Source of the DNA: a virus
Taxonomy: Duplodnaviria > Caudoviricetes
Direction: 5' to 3' (one strand)
IMG/VR virus record: IMGVR_UViG_3300033463_000042
Location: 50,309 to 114,308 of that record
DNA: 64,000 bases
Shown: positions 19,746 to 29,494 of the stretch, piece by piece
How positions within the stretch are numbered: the stretch's first letter is position 1
Layout of the letters: each line of letters opens with the position of its first letter
Notes under the pieces: model-generated
The model's database searches: none
Seen by the model: the letters and a program-made list of their open reading frames with translations, nothing else
Told to the model about the DNA's origin: nothing
Program-made: the position numbers and the translations under genes

Positions 19746-19768
19746 TTGAGGGCATGTACGCCCTCAAT
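19746..19768 (-). terminator. Intrinsic terminator
   Basis: ttgagggc-atgtac-gccctcaa with long T tract on the minus strand. Confidence 0.8.
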
Positions 19769-19886
19769 TATATTCTTTAAACCTTTTTCATCCACCTTGC
19801 CTACGGTGACCTTACCAACACTCAACAACTTGTGCGTTGCCTTATGTTGGCTTATTAATGTTTATATTTGATTGTAGATTTTGTGT

Positions 19887-20693
19887 TTAGAACACGCGTG
19901 TTGAGTAGTCCTCACATGAGTGCACATCATGCAAGATATATCTACTCTTCAGTATACTGCAGTCGTAAACGCGTCCCGAAGGATACATTGCATTTACTTC
20001 TTTAACAGTCAGATTTTCAGGTATAGGTCTAGCTTTCTTCAAGCATATATGATAACCTAACCTGTCTACAAAACAATGCTTGCAAGTAAAGCACTGCTTC
20101 TTTACAATTCCTCTGATGAGTGGTACGGACCCGAGCTCATCAGAGGAAATCTCGGATTCAATTTTATCTTTGTTTAATGTTTCCTCGGCTTTACGAACAC
20201 GACGGAATTCATCGGCCGTCTTCTCTATAACCTCGGTAAACAAGGATTGCACTCCGCGGTATCCACCGAAACACCTTACAAAGTGCTTTATAGATTCCTT
20301 GTCTAACTCCGTAATCGGAATTAAAGGAACCCTGTGATACTTCAATGTTGCCATTAAAGCATCTTGTGTATATCGTATGATTTGTTCTGGATTGTAACCA
20401 ACAACCCAGAAGTTATTTTTGATCTCATCAAGGTCCATGCTTGTCAGCTTTTTCACTGATTTAACTAGAGCCTTAACGACTCTTTTACCTGGAAGGCCCA
20501 GGGAGCTTATGAATGTGACAATGTGGTCGAGATCATCTTCTCCCATTGTGAAAGTAATGGGAGTTCTTATTTGGAACCCAGTGTTATTCACCAGGTTAAT
20601 CGTCATAAAGTTTCTCGGGATGTTATCTATTCTAACCCCGAGTTTCTCAATGAATCTTATATTCTGTTCTTTTGTTCTGCTTCTTTCTGACAT
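19887..20693 (-). CDS. Hypothetical early protein with C-terminal Cys-rich putative Zn-binding domain
   Basis: CFTCKHC...HIC...DC...SC; RBS AAGGAG; early promoter motif upstream. Confidence 0.65.
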   Translation of the reverse strand: MSERSRTKEQNIRFIEKLGVRIDNIPRNFMTINLVNNTGFQIRTPITFTMGEDDLDHIVTFISSLGLPGKRVVKALVKSVKKLTSMDLDEIKNNFWVVGYNPEQIIRYTQDALMATLKYHRVPLIPITELDKESIKHFVRCFGGYRGVQSLFTEVIEKTADEFRRVRKAEETLNKDKIESEISSDELGSVPLIRGIVKKQCFTCKHCFVDRLGYHICLKKARPIPENLTVKEVNAMYPSGRVYDCSILKSRYILHDVHSCEDYSTRVF

Positions 20694-20756
20694 ATTCTTT
20701 TACTCCTTGTATTTATTTTTAATACGGACAAATGTGTTTGTTTTTCTTGTCCGTAT

Positions 20757-20771
20757 TAATAATATATATTT
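20757..20771 (-). promoter_or_regulatory. Putative early promoter AAATATATATTATTA
   Basis: Motif recurs upstream of several accessory units. Confidence 0.7.
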
Positions 20772-20795
20772 GGAGATTAAATATATCAGTTAGAA

Positions 20796-21023
20796 TCAGT
20801 CGTTGTTAGAGATTGTATCTTCAGAAAAGTCCTGAACATCTTCAGGTGCATTGAGGTTTACATCGATATCTATATCGCCCTCGTCATTGCCGAAGAATTC
20901 ATCATAGTCATCGTCATCGTCGTCATCCTGATCAAGTATATCATTCTTGGTCTTGTTTGCTACGAGAGCAACAACTACTGCGATTGCAGCAACGATAAGG
21001 GATGCAATAAGGGTCTTTTTCAT
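20796..21023 (-). CDS. Small membrane-anchored, highly acidic protein (75 aa)
   Basis: N-terminal hydrophobic helix LIASLIVAAIAVVVALVA, then DQDDDDDDDYDEFF; RBS AGGAGG; ATGA-type overlap with the upstream ORF. Confidence 0.75.
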   Translation of the reverse strand: MKKTLIASLIVAAIAVVVALVANKTKNDILDQDDDDDDDYDEFFGNDEGDIDIDVNLNAPEDVQDFSEDTISNND

Positions 21024-21283
21024 AATAAATACCTCCTGATGTATTGACCGAGTTCTATACTCAGTCTGTCGTTGAATTTTTCTATATTTTCTCGTGTGTC
21101 ACTATTAAGCCAATAATACTCATCAACTGTGACATCTAACACGAGAGAAATATGCATTTGGGTGTTAGCTGTAAGATCGTACGTTCTATAGTATTCGATC
21201 ACATAGCTGTTTTTGTATTCTTTTATTAAATCATGGGTCTTCGGTGGTCGTTCGTTCAGTTCCACCATTTTCAATACTTTCAT
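21020..21283 (-). CDS. Hypothetical protein (87 aa)
   Basis: RBS GAGGGGG; overlaps both neighbours. Confidence 0.6.
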   Translation of the reverse strand: MKVLKMVELNERPPKTHDLIKEYKNSYVIEYYRTYDLTANTQMHISLVLDVTVDEYYWLNSDTRENIEKFNDRLSIELGQYIRRYLL

Positions 21284-22463
21284 CGTTTTCCCCCTCTAAT
21301 TTCTCGATGAGTTGTTCTATACTATATCCCCGCATAACATCCGTCTGTAATTCAGCGAATGTTATATTCTTGCGTATATTAACAGTTCTGGTAGGATATT
21401 CTTTATAATGAAACATACAGAAATCTCTGAATGTTTCGTTGCAAACACCCTTGATTTCTAACTGTATGTCACACCTACCCGGACGGATAAGTGCTGGGTC
21501 CAATGCATCTTTGTGATTTGTCGTCAAGACATAAATAATATTGTCAGATGCCCAGACACCATCCATGCAATTAAGAATGGAAGATAACTCACTCTTTCTC
21601 TTTTTATCATCCACTGTGAGGTTATCTATTATAATGCTATTTTTAAATGCGCAATCAACATCTTCAATTGCTAATACAGAGTAACATGAATCATCGGGTC
21701 TGGTACATAATTCATTTAATGAATCCTCAAGCCATCCGACATCTGCACCGTTGAGTACATTGTATCTAGCGTTAAGATGATCAGCTATTGCTTGAGTGAT
21801 GATACTCTTTCCTGTACCAGGTTCACCATACAGAAGTATGCCGAAATGGTATGGAATATTATTATCAATATACCATTGTCTTTTAGCAACAAAGTCATCC
21901 AATGATTTAATGAGTAATTCTTTATCAGCTTTTGGAATAAATATCTCATCGAATGATCTTCTCTTGCGGATTACGATATCTCTAAAACCACCACGACCTG
22001 GAGTGTTTGCTCTATTGGTTTTATTCCATAAAGTCTTCTGATGTTTATTATTATAAACAAACATTCTTTCGATGAAGTGATTCATATTATCAAGGAACTT
22101 CTTCTGATTAAAAGTCCTTAAGAAATAATTACCGGTTGATGCAGCATTTTTGTTATCAGCATTTGCATCGGGAATCATATCCAGCCATATCGGTAATCCA
22201 TGATACAATCTTAATACAGAACGTTTTCTGACCATTACAGAACCACATGATGGATTTTGTTTAATCTGTCGAATGTCTCCATCAATGTTTGAATAGTAAA
22301 CGGTATAACCAACTGATGGGAATATTTCTTCCAATGTTGTAAATCCCCACATCATCGATGTTATGTTTATTGAGAAAAACATATTATCGATAGAATCATT
22401 TATAAAGTTGGAAATAGTATCAATTCCTTTCTTTACAAATAACCCTTTAATCAAGTTCTTCAT
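21231..22463 (-). CDS. BCS1-like classical AAA+ ATPase
   Basis: GILLYGEPGTGKS Walker A, IEDVD Walker B, LNCMDG, TTNH..LDPALIRPGRCD second region of homology. Confidence 0.85.
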   Translation of the reverse strand: MKNLIKGLFVKKGIDTISNFINDSIDNMFFSINITSMMWGFTTLEEIFPSVGYTVYYSNIDGDIRQIKQNPSCGSVMVRKRSVLRLYHGLPIWLDMIPDANADNKNAASTGNYFLRTFNQKKFLDNMNHFIERMFVYNNKHQKTLWNKTNRANTPGRGGFRDIVIRKRRSFDEIFIPKADKELLIKSLDDFVAKRQWYIDNNIPYHFGILLYGEPGTGKSIITQAIADHLNARYNVLNGADVGWLEDSLNELCTRPDDSCYSVLAIEDVDCAFKNSIIIDNLTVDDKKRKSELSSILNCMDGVWASDNIIYVLTTNHKDALDPALIRPGRCDIQLEIKGVCNETFRDFCMFHYKEYPTRTVNIRKNITFAELQTDVMRGYSIEQLIEKLEGENDESIENGGTERTTTEDP

Positions 22464-22497
22464 TTCTTTTACCTCCGTTATAGTTTATTTATCCTAT

Positions 22498-22511
22498 TAA
22501 TAATATATATT
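22498..22511 (-). promoter_or_regulatory. Putative early promoter AATATATATTATTA
   Basis: Conserved motif just downstream of a terminator and upstream of the AAA gene. Confidence 0.7.
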
Positions 22512-22529
22512 AAAAAATAAAGAATAATA

Positions 22530-22550
22530 GATGGGGCGTAAAGCCCCATC
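22530..22550 (-). terminator. Intrinsic terminator
   Basis: gatggggc-gtaaa-gccccatc. Confidence 0.8.
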
Positions 22551-22558
22551 GTATATAT

Positions 22559-22930
22559 TCACATTAAGATTTTGATCTTTGCTTTGTACCTTTCAAACAG
22601 ATCATTCAGGCATCTGCACCCAGAGGGATAGAACCAGAATAATTTGACAACTGCATCACACTCGAATGGTGCTAAGTTGACAACTGTGTCTGCTCTTATT
22701 GGAATGACATCATCCAACTTAGATACTTCTCCATTCTTGATAAGATCGACGAATCTATCTTCAGTAACGATTCTATCAATGAACTTTATTGAGTCTCTGT
22801 AGATGAATGTTTCTTTTCCTGAGAAGTCGATATAACGTTCTGTCTTCTTAACACACAAGAGTGGATCATATCCTGATTCGCACATGTGTTTATAATAAGA
22901 TCTTAATTCTTCATCTGTCCATTCTTTCAT
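22559..22930 (-). CDS. Hypothetical protein (123 aa)
   Basis: TAATG coupling to the upstream gene. Confidence 0.65.
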   Translation of the reverse strand: MKEWTDEELRSYYKHMCESGYDPLLCVKKTERYIDFSGKETFIYRDSIKFIDRIVTEDRFVDLIKNGEVSKLDDVIPIRADTVVNLAPFECDAVVKLFWFYPSGCRCLNDLFERYKAKIKILM

Positions 22931-23976
22931 TATAACAACTCCATCAAGTTCAAATCTCCAACACGGAGTTTCATAAATGCATCAATGTCATACTTATCAA
23001 TCATACCAGATCTAATTCTTTCAATTGTCGATTGAGGAATCATATCAGTATGAGATTTAATGTCTATCAACTCAAATGCTTTTCTCAAATACTCATGATA
23101 GTTATGATCTATTATTGGTAATACTGAATCGATTGACTTTGGGTTGTTAGGAATGTCATTTCGCTCAACAGCTCTCAAAAGATCATTGGCGAATGATGAT
23201 ATACCGAGTTGAGTTATACCGATCAATCCTCTACCGAAGTCTCCTATGACTGCATTCAACAATGCATAGAATACTTTATTCTGAATGAATGTTGACATGA
23301 TATCATTATCGATACTTGATACTGATTGCACTATCATGAATGGATCTGCCAACTGATGATTGAACTTTGACAGAATGATCTTGGTGTTTGGTTCCAACAT
23401 ATACATCGTCATGATTGGTGAGCCAGATATAATCAATCTGGCTCTATCATTTACTGTATAATTATCAATGACATTTGGGATGATGTAATTGTCCAACATG
23501 TTACAACGTATGAGATATGAGTTTGGAACATAGTTAAGAACTACACCAACCTTGTTCATTGACTCTGTCCAATAATAATTCATCTGTGCATAACGCTCAG
23601 AATCATATTTGTTTGTGAATGGTGCAAGATAAGATTTGATTACTTCTCTTTCGGGAAGTTTACCCATCTCAAATTCATTCACCATCAAGAATATTCTGAC
23701 ATCCTGGAAATTCTTGGTTGCCCAATCCTTCCAATGTTTCAGAGTTGAAAGAGTGTTCTCAACAATATCTGCTTCAACATCATCACCATTTGCGAATGGT
23801 AATGCATTCAGAAACTTTGCTGAAGAACCCAATGCAGGGATGATCGTATTCAGATCAATGAAGATATCAATCTTTGTAAATTGATTCTTAAACTCTTCAC
23901 CGATGAATGCGTTAATAGCAGTATATCTCGTTTTGAGATATTTACCGAATATCGGTCCCACTGAGAATTTGTACAT
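22930..23976 (-). CDS. 5'-3' exonuclease/flap endonuclease-like protein, possibly catalytically degenerate
   Basis: N-terminal IFIDLN strand and H3TH-like AVIGDFGRGLIGITQLG; no clear EADD acidic cluster. Confidence 0.45.
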   Translation of the reverse strand: MYKFSVGPIFGKYLKTRYTAINAFIGEEFKNQFTKIDIFIDLNTIIPALGSSAKFLNALPFANGDDVEADIVENTLSTLKHWKDWATKNFQDVRIFLMVNEFEMGKLPEREVIKSYLAPFTNKYDSERYAQMNYYWTESMNKVGVVLNYVPNSYLIRCNMLDNYIIPNVIDNYTVNDRARLIISGSPIMTMYMLEPNTKIILSKFNHQLADPFMIVQSVSSIDNDIMSTFIQNKVFYALLNAVIGDFGRGLIGITQLGISSFANDLLRAVERNDIPNNPKSIDSVLPIIDHNYHEYLRKAFELIDIKSHTDMIPQSTIERIRSGMIDKYDIDAFMKLRVGDLNLMELL

Positions 23977-23990
23977 AATTCACCTTCTCT

Positions 23991-25985
23991 TTATAATCTT
24001 TCTACACCAAAGAGATAGTCTTCAAATGAACGTGGTCCAACACGGTTGATCTTGTTACGCTCATCAAATATCTGATGTAACAGATGATGACGTGTCTGTT
24101 CAAACGCAAGAGCAACTGTAACAGATTCATGATTTGCCAAAGCTGTCTTAAGTCTCATGATCTGATATGCTGGATCCGGTTGTGTCCAGTTAGGTCTTAA
24201 GAGTTTATTCTCTACCGAGCGTACAAGATGACCAATAATGATTTCACCATGTACTGAGAATATTGGTAAGATACCATGAATGAGATGGGTTAACTCATTT
24301 ACAGCTCCTTCAATTGTAGAGAACTTTGTGATGTCATTCTCTAACAACTTCATGATGTTCATGTAACGAGCAGTCATCATGATATTTACAGGAATGATTG
24401 AACATAACATTCCTACCTCAAGAACCTTGTGTGATGTGATCTTATAATAAGTCTCATCATTTATAAGGACCTCTTTGAATGAATCTGTGATTGCGTCTGG
24501 AATATGTATAGAAGCATACTTGGATACAACCACTGGGAATAATTCTTTACCGATGTAGATTGTGAGATTCTCTGAAATATTATCCAGATAATCTTCCTTG
24601 AAATAGATGTCAAACTTCTTGTCATCTGTAGGTATGAGTGTGGAGTTTTCCATGATGAAGTATTTATCATAACCATCTGTGAACTCAATCTTCTCCGAGT
24701 TAGTCTTGAGCAGATGTTTCGCAGACAGAATTTTCTGACCAACATCCTTGGTCAACAATTCTGTTGTATAGATAAATCCACCCTCAAGGTCTCCAACCTT
24801 AAGCGCCTTAGTACCATAGCATACATGACAGCAATCCTCATTGAGATTACATGTGCATGGACTTCTGAACCAAAGCTTCTTTCCGAGTAACGATGTATCT
24901 TTCTTATCAAAGATTTTATATGAACCAACGTTCTTCTTCTCTTGATAATAACGTCCATCCATCATCTCGAGCATACAGTCATCAATCTCAATCTCTATAG
25001 GATTAATAGAACCACAATCCCATACAGTCTTTGACAGAGTACCATATGTGAGGATCCACAAGTTACGTGCGAAGTATCCTGCTGATCCCATGTACTCTTC
25101 ATTCATGATATCTGGAACACGTGCCGCAATTGCTCCCGCATACATTACAGGGAGATCATGATAACCTGCACGGAATCCATTACCATTCATGATTACAGGA
25201 ACGATATTTTTTCCATCAGGAATCTGGGAGAAGTTGATATACAATTCTTCCATCTGTTTAGGTTTGAGAATCGATGTATACTTATCAGCCAAGAAGAATG
25301 GGTTTCCTCTTCTAATCATTTCAGCCTCAAGAAGTTTATACTTTTCCTTATTGGCTTCAACGATTTCACTAGTCTGCATAGTTGGAGGATATTCAGTGTT
25401 ATTGATATCACGAATGATTTCGGATTCTCTATAATGATCAAGGAATAAGTTTTCTGCAGTAAATACCTGCATGTCAGCTGCAGAGAATACCAAGAGTAAT
25501 TCCTTGAGATCAAGAGACATCCTTGACATTATAACCTGAATATCACGAATTGTTTTACCATATCCAGTAAGTGTTTCAACAATCTTATCCTGGATCTTAC
25601 CTCTGCCTTTCTTGGACAGATATCCCTGGAGAATGAAATCATTGATATCTATGTATTGTAAATGATCGATTACAGTTCTCAAGAATACCAAGCTCATCAT
25701 GAATCTATTCAGAGGAAGTTCATATGTAATAGGATCTTCCAAAGATTTCTTGAACTTGATAAATGTGAACTGAAGCTTCTTACCCTTGTCATCACGGTTG
25801 TTCCAACAAAGGGAAGCAACATCGACTACTCGGTCATACAAGTAGTCGAAGTTATGCACATATCTATCGAGTAATATTGGGTCACCTAACAGATCATGAA
25901 TCTGCTCAACGGTTGTAATTTCCTCGAGCTCTCTTAAATCTTCAAACTGAGATTCATTCACATCTGTGTCGATATTGTAATTCAT
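23991..25985 (-). CDS. Phage multisubunit RNA polymerase beta-prime subunit, C-terminal half (probably non-virion RNAP)
   Basis: Bridge helix SAGYFARNL, DCG, RSPCTC..CCHVCYG Zn site, trigger-loop-like VGQKILSAKH. Confidence 0.88.
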   Translation of the reverse strand: MNYNIDTDVNESQFEDLRELEEITTVEQIHDLLGDPILLDRYVHNFDYLYDRVVDVASLCWNNRDDKGKKLQFTFIKFKKSLEDPITYELPLNRFMMSLVFLRTVIDHLQYIDINDFILQGYLSKKGRGKIQDKIVETLTGYGKTIRDIQVIMSRMSLDLKELLLVFSAADMQVFTAENLFLDHYRESEIIRDINNTEYPPTMQTSEIVEANKEKYKLLEAEMIRRGNPFFLADKYTSILKPKQMEELYINFSQIPDGKNIVPVIMNGNGFRAGYHDLPVMYAGAIAARVPDIMNEEYMGSAGYFARNLWILTYGTLSKTVWDCGSINPIEIEIDDCMLEMMDGRYYQEKKNVGSYKIFDKKDTSLLGKKLWFRSPCTCNLNEDCCHVCYGTKALKVGDLEGGFIYTTELLTKDVGQKILSAKHLLKTNSEKIEFTDGYDKYFIMENSTLIPTDDKKFDIYFKEDYLDNISENLTIYIGKELFPVVVSKYASIHIPDAITDSFKEVLINDETYYKITSHKVLEVGMLCSIIPVNIMMTARYMNIMKLLENDITKFSTIEGAVNELTHLIHGILPIFSVHGEIIIGHLVRSVENKLLRPNWTQPDPAYQIMRLKTALANHESVTVALAFEQTRHHLLHQIFDERNKINRVGPRSFEDYLFGVERL

Positions 25986-26011
25986 GTGTAATACCTCCCG
26001 ATCAAGTATTA

Positions 26012-28405
26012 TTAGTTGTCGATCATGTCCTTTGTAACCTTAAAGTTCATAAGCATTTCCTTACGAGCCATTATGTTCTCCTTTCCACTACCAACAAGAT
26101 TTCCCATGATTGCATTAACATTGGGATTATCCATACTAACGCGAAGAAGTCTCCTTGTCTTTGGATCCATGATAACTTCACGGGATGCATATGCTGGTGA
26201 AGAACCGAGACCTTTATATCTGTCTTTAATTGTTGGATAGAATCTTTCTACCTCATCAAAGAATTTCGATAATGTGGTAGACTTTATCTTACCCGAACCC
26301 TTTTCTGGATACTGAATGATGAGACCATACTTCCTTAACACGTTAATATTGTATTGAAGTTGTTCTATTAAATCATCATCAATAATAACCAGATGGTCAT
26401 GTAAATCTATTACTGCTTTGAGCTGATGTATCTTGTGATCATATGTCATTTCAGGATATATCTTAAGAATGTTCTTCATCCATTTATCGATATTCTTTTC
26501 AAAGCCTTCTACAGTATTACCATACTTCATGAAACCTTCTGCAATGAATTCGAGTAACTGTGGTGAAGTAGAACGAGTGATACTTACATCAGTTAAGTTT
26601 GCGAGATAATCGAAAGCATCCGATACGAGTTCTCCGGCATACATATCCTTCTTGACATCAGGAAGTTTAACCTGAATCTTACCAATGGAATTAACACATG
26701 CATCGATATACTCTCTTTGAGATGCAACGAAGTATACATCCTTTCCAGATACGAGTCTGTAGAGTGGCGGTTCTGCGATATACAGCTTTCCAGCTCTAAC
26801 AATGTCTGGCATGAACTTGATGAAGAATCCAACGAAACCAACACGGATATGATATCCATCGATATCAGCATCAGTTGATATGATGATCTTATCGAATGCA
26901 AGTTTACGTATGTCGAAGGTTGGACCGATACCGCACTCAAGAACCTTAACAAGATTCAGCCATGGTTCACTTTTCAATGCTTCTTCAAGTGTACAATCCC
27001 ATATATTCTTTGACTTACCTCTGAAGGTTAATATAGCCTGATACTTTGCATTACGAGCTTGCTTCAAACCACCTCCTGCTGAGTTACCCTCAACAAGGAA
27101 TAACTCTTTTGGCTGATCTGTCTTGACGGATGAACATGGATAGAATGAATCGGGTTTCACCCATGTCTTAAATCCTTTAGCATCCTTGGCAACATTACGC
27201 ATCTTTTCACCTTCGATACGTGCACGATAGTTACCATGAATTACTTCAACGATTTCACCAAGTACACCGGATGTCGAATTAGATAATTTCTTGATTACTG
27301 CTTCCTCAATTGCCTTACCAAGTTCCTCGGAGACATTCGCTTGTTTAGCCTGAGCAGAGAACATATTAGCTGCATCGCAAGATACACGCAGAACCATGCT
27401 CATATGACTTTCGATATCTCTCTTGAGGTTTACGCCTTCGAGTTTCTTGTACTTGTTAATGAGCTTCTGTTTCATGACTTTATTATATGCTCTCATAACA
27501 CCATCAACATGTTCACCATTGTCCTTATTGTGCAACATGTTAGTCCAAGAATGAATAATATCTTCACCCTTGTACTTTTCAGGATCAGCATAAGTAATAA
27601 CACATTCCATTTTGAATGTTCTTTCCTTCATCTCAGTCTCGCCTTTATCATTGACGATCTCTTCAAGGAATTTACCTTCACATTCAAACTGAAGATCATT
27701 ACACATTCTTGCATCCTGAGGAATAACAACATCATGGGTTTCATCTGCAAAGAATTCCCATAACTCCTTATGCTTGACATGATCCTCAACACCATTGATT
27801 GTGTAGATCATATTGATTCCTCGAGGCAATGTATAATTGAAATCCTGTAACCATATCTTGATCTTTTCAACAGGAAACTTGTTTGTGTGAAGTATCTTCT
27901 TTGATGGACGGAAGGTTGTGCGTAAACCACCACGTTTCTCGTTATATGGTTCAACTATCTCATCCACCTTTTCTCCTTCCTTATAGATTAAAGTCATTAT
28001 CTTCTTTTCAGTAGGTCTGAAAGTAGTGACTTCCATATATGATGAAAGAGCAGTTATACAAGTAATACCTGAACCATTCTCACCAGCAGTGTATCCACCA
28101 GATCTTATCATATTAGATCCAGCCTGGTTAGTCTCCAGAAGTATTTGTAGCATGTTCGTTGGAATACCTCTACCATTATCTTCTGCAGTAACTTCTGTGT
28201 CAGTTATGGTAGCCTTGATCATGTTGCCAGGTGATTCTGCTTTAAGACATTCATCTCTGTTATTTGAGATCAACTCATTGACAAGATGAAATGCACCGGC
28301 TTCACCAATACCGCCAATGTACATTGTTGGACGACGTCTCATTGCGTCAATATCATTTTTCTTGACGTAGAAAACATCGTCTTTGATTTGATTAGCCATA
28401 GTCAT
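26012..28405 (-). CDS. gyrB: Type IIA topoisomerase/DNA gyrase subunit B
   Basis: AMRRRPTMYIG, ELISNNRDE, DNGRGIP (GHKL); VEGNSAGG, RGK, DADIDG, PPLY, RYKGLG (TOPRIM/tail). Confidence 0.93.
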   Translation of the reverse strand: MTMANQIKDDVFYVKKNDIDAMRRRPTMYIGGIGEAGAFHLVNELISNNRDECLKAESPGNMIKATITDTEVTAEDNGRGIPTNMLQILLETNQAGSNMIRSGGYTAGENGSGITCITALSSYMEVTTFRPTEKKIMTLIYKEGEKVDEIVEPYNEKRGGLRTTFRPSKKILHTNKFPVEKIKIWLQDFNYTLPRGINMIYTINGVEDHVKHKELWEFFADETHDVVIPQDARMCNDLQFECEGKFLEEIVNDKGETEMKERTFKMECVITYADPEKYKGEDIIHSWTNMLHNKDNGEHVDGVMRAYNKVMKQKLINKYKKLEGVNLKRDIESHMSMVLRVSCDAANMFSAQAKQANVSEELGKAIEEAVIKKLSNSTSGVLGEIVEVIHGNYRARIEGEKMRNVAKDAKGFKTWVKPDSFYPCSSVKTDQPKELFLVEGNSAGGGLKQARNAKYQAILTFRGKSKNIWDCTLEEALKSEPWLNLVKVLECGIGPTFDIRKLAFDKIIISTDADIDGYHIRVGFVGFFIKFMPDIVRAGKLYIAEPPLYRLVSGKDVYFVASQREYIDACVNSIGKIQVKLPDVKKDMYAGELVSDAFDYLANLTDVSITRSTSPQLLEFIAEGFMKYGNTVEGFEKNIDKWMKNILKIYPEMTYDHKIHQLKAVIDLHDHLVIIDDDLIEQLQYNINVLRKYGLIIQYPEKGSGKIKSTTLSKFFDEVERFYPTIKDRYKGLGSSPAYASREVIMDPKTRRLLRVSMDNPNVNAIMGNLVGSGKENIMARKEMLMNFKVTKDMIDN

Positions 28406-28456
28406 ATCTCCTCCTAAGATTAATCGTACGATACAGTTATCCCCGTATCACGCAAA

Positions 28457-28469
28457 AATAATATATGTC
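28457..28469 (-). promoter_or_regulatory. Putative early/middle promoter GACATATATTATT for the gyrB-RNAP operon
   Basis: Variant of the recurrent motif. Confidence 0.6.
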
Positions 28470-28511
28470 TTTCAAAAGACAAAAAAGTAAGTTCGTCTAT
28501 GAACATTAATC

Positions 28512-28633
28512 GTGTATACCTACTGGCATGGGCGTACACCTCCTAAAGTAGTAGACTCTGTGTAGGGTGATAATACACAGGGTCGGTGTTTATTTATATT
28601 TGTTTAGCGGGGCTTCGTGCCCCGCCCAATTTT
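28512..28633 (+). ncRNA. Candidate small structured RNA (two hairpins plus terminator)
   Basis: gtgtatacc/gggcgtacac, gactctgtgta/tacacagggtc (11 bp), gcggggc-ttcgt-gccccgc followed by T run; anti-SD-like CACCTCCT between hairpins. Confidence 0.4.
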
Positions 28634-28675
28634 TCTATGCTGCCCCTGATTTTGGCATAGGAGATTTGTTTATTA

Positions 28676-28699
28676 TAAATATATATTATTATTGTGAAA
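28676..28699 (+). promoter_or_regulatory. Putative early promoter; 24-bp exact repeat with 29471-29494
   Basis: taaatatatattattattgtgaaa. Confidence 0.75.
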
Positions 28700-28713
28700 G
28701 GAGGAGAAATCCT

Positions 28714-29061
28714 ATGAATGGTTATGTATACTCAGTCCTATCAAAAGTCAAATCCGCTGCTATTGCAGGAGCAGCAGAAGTATTTCTTCATTATATAAAT
28801 GCAATAATGATACCTAGAATGAAGAAAAATGCAATTGAAGAATATATTGTAGAAAAGGAGATGGCTGAAACTGTAGAAAAGATTTATGTGGCAATGCTCG
28901 ATCAGGGTAAATCGATTACCGTTGAAGAAGTATATGAGGCTGTAAAGAATGCTTACGATAACCCTATACCAAAAGACAAGGTAACCCCAGAAATGATTCA
29001 AAAGTACAAAGAAGTGTTTGGTGATCCAAACACAAATGAAGAAAATAAGGAGGGCTTATAA
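28714..29061 (+). CDS. Hypothetical early protein (start MNGYVY)
   Basis: RBS AAAGGAGG immediately after the promoter. Confidence 0.7.
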   Translation: MNGYVYSVLSKVKSAAIAGAAEVFLHYINAIMIPRMKKNAIEEYIVEKEMAETVEKIYVAMLDQGKSITVEEVYEAVKNAYDNPIPKDKVTPEMIQKYKEVFGDPNTNEENKEGL

Positions 29062-29465
29062 TGCCGATAATTAATTTAACCGCACACCCAATTAGAATAA
29101 TTGATAACTATCGATACTCGCCAGCTATAAGGAAAAACGTCATCCCCGATGGTCATAAGTTCCATACCAAGATGGTGATACCATCATATCAATTGGCAAA
29201 TGGAAAATATAAGACGGAGGTTCTTGAAGATTTCGAAGGATGTCCTGTGAGGAAAAAAGAAATCGTCGGATGTGACGGACTACCAAAAGTAGATGACCCA
29301 GAAAATACTATTTTTATCGTATCGACTGCGTATGCGAAAGCATATCAGAAGATGCATCCAAAAGCAGATATGAAAAACTTTTATATTATCGGGGAGGCGG
29401 TATATTCAGCAGATGGGTCTCACGTACTAGGATCCACATGTATTCTCCAATGGGACAAATTTTAA
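29061..29465 (+). CDS. Hypothetical phage protein with N-terminal NLTxH motif
   Basis: IINLTAHPIRI; TAATG coupling; RBS AGGAGG. Confidence 0.7.
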   Translation: MPIINLTAHPIRIIDNYRYSPAIRKNVIPDGHKFHTKMVIPSYQLANGKYKTEVLEDFEGCPVRKKEIVGCDGLPKVDDPENTIFIVSTAYAKAYQKMHPKADMKNFYIIGEAVYSADGSHVLGSTCILQWDKF

Positions 29466-29470
29466 GTTTG

Positions 29471-29494
29471 TAAATATATATTATTATTGTGAAA
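29471..29494 (+). promoter_or_regulatory. Putative early promoter driving a non-coding transcript
   Basis: Exact copy of 28676-28699 with no RBS/ORF downstream. Confidence 0.75.

Noticed and set aside
19775-19886. Possible small gene or RNA between the Zn-finger gene and its terminator
   Set aside because: No start codon with RBS and no convincing structure
28567-28713. N-terminal extensions from upstream GTG/TTG/ATG starts (also 33109, 39989, 45528, 49161, 60531)
   Set aside because: They lie upstream of the evident RBS, some running through promoter motifs or terminators; downstream ATGs have clear RBSs
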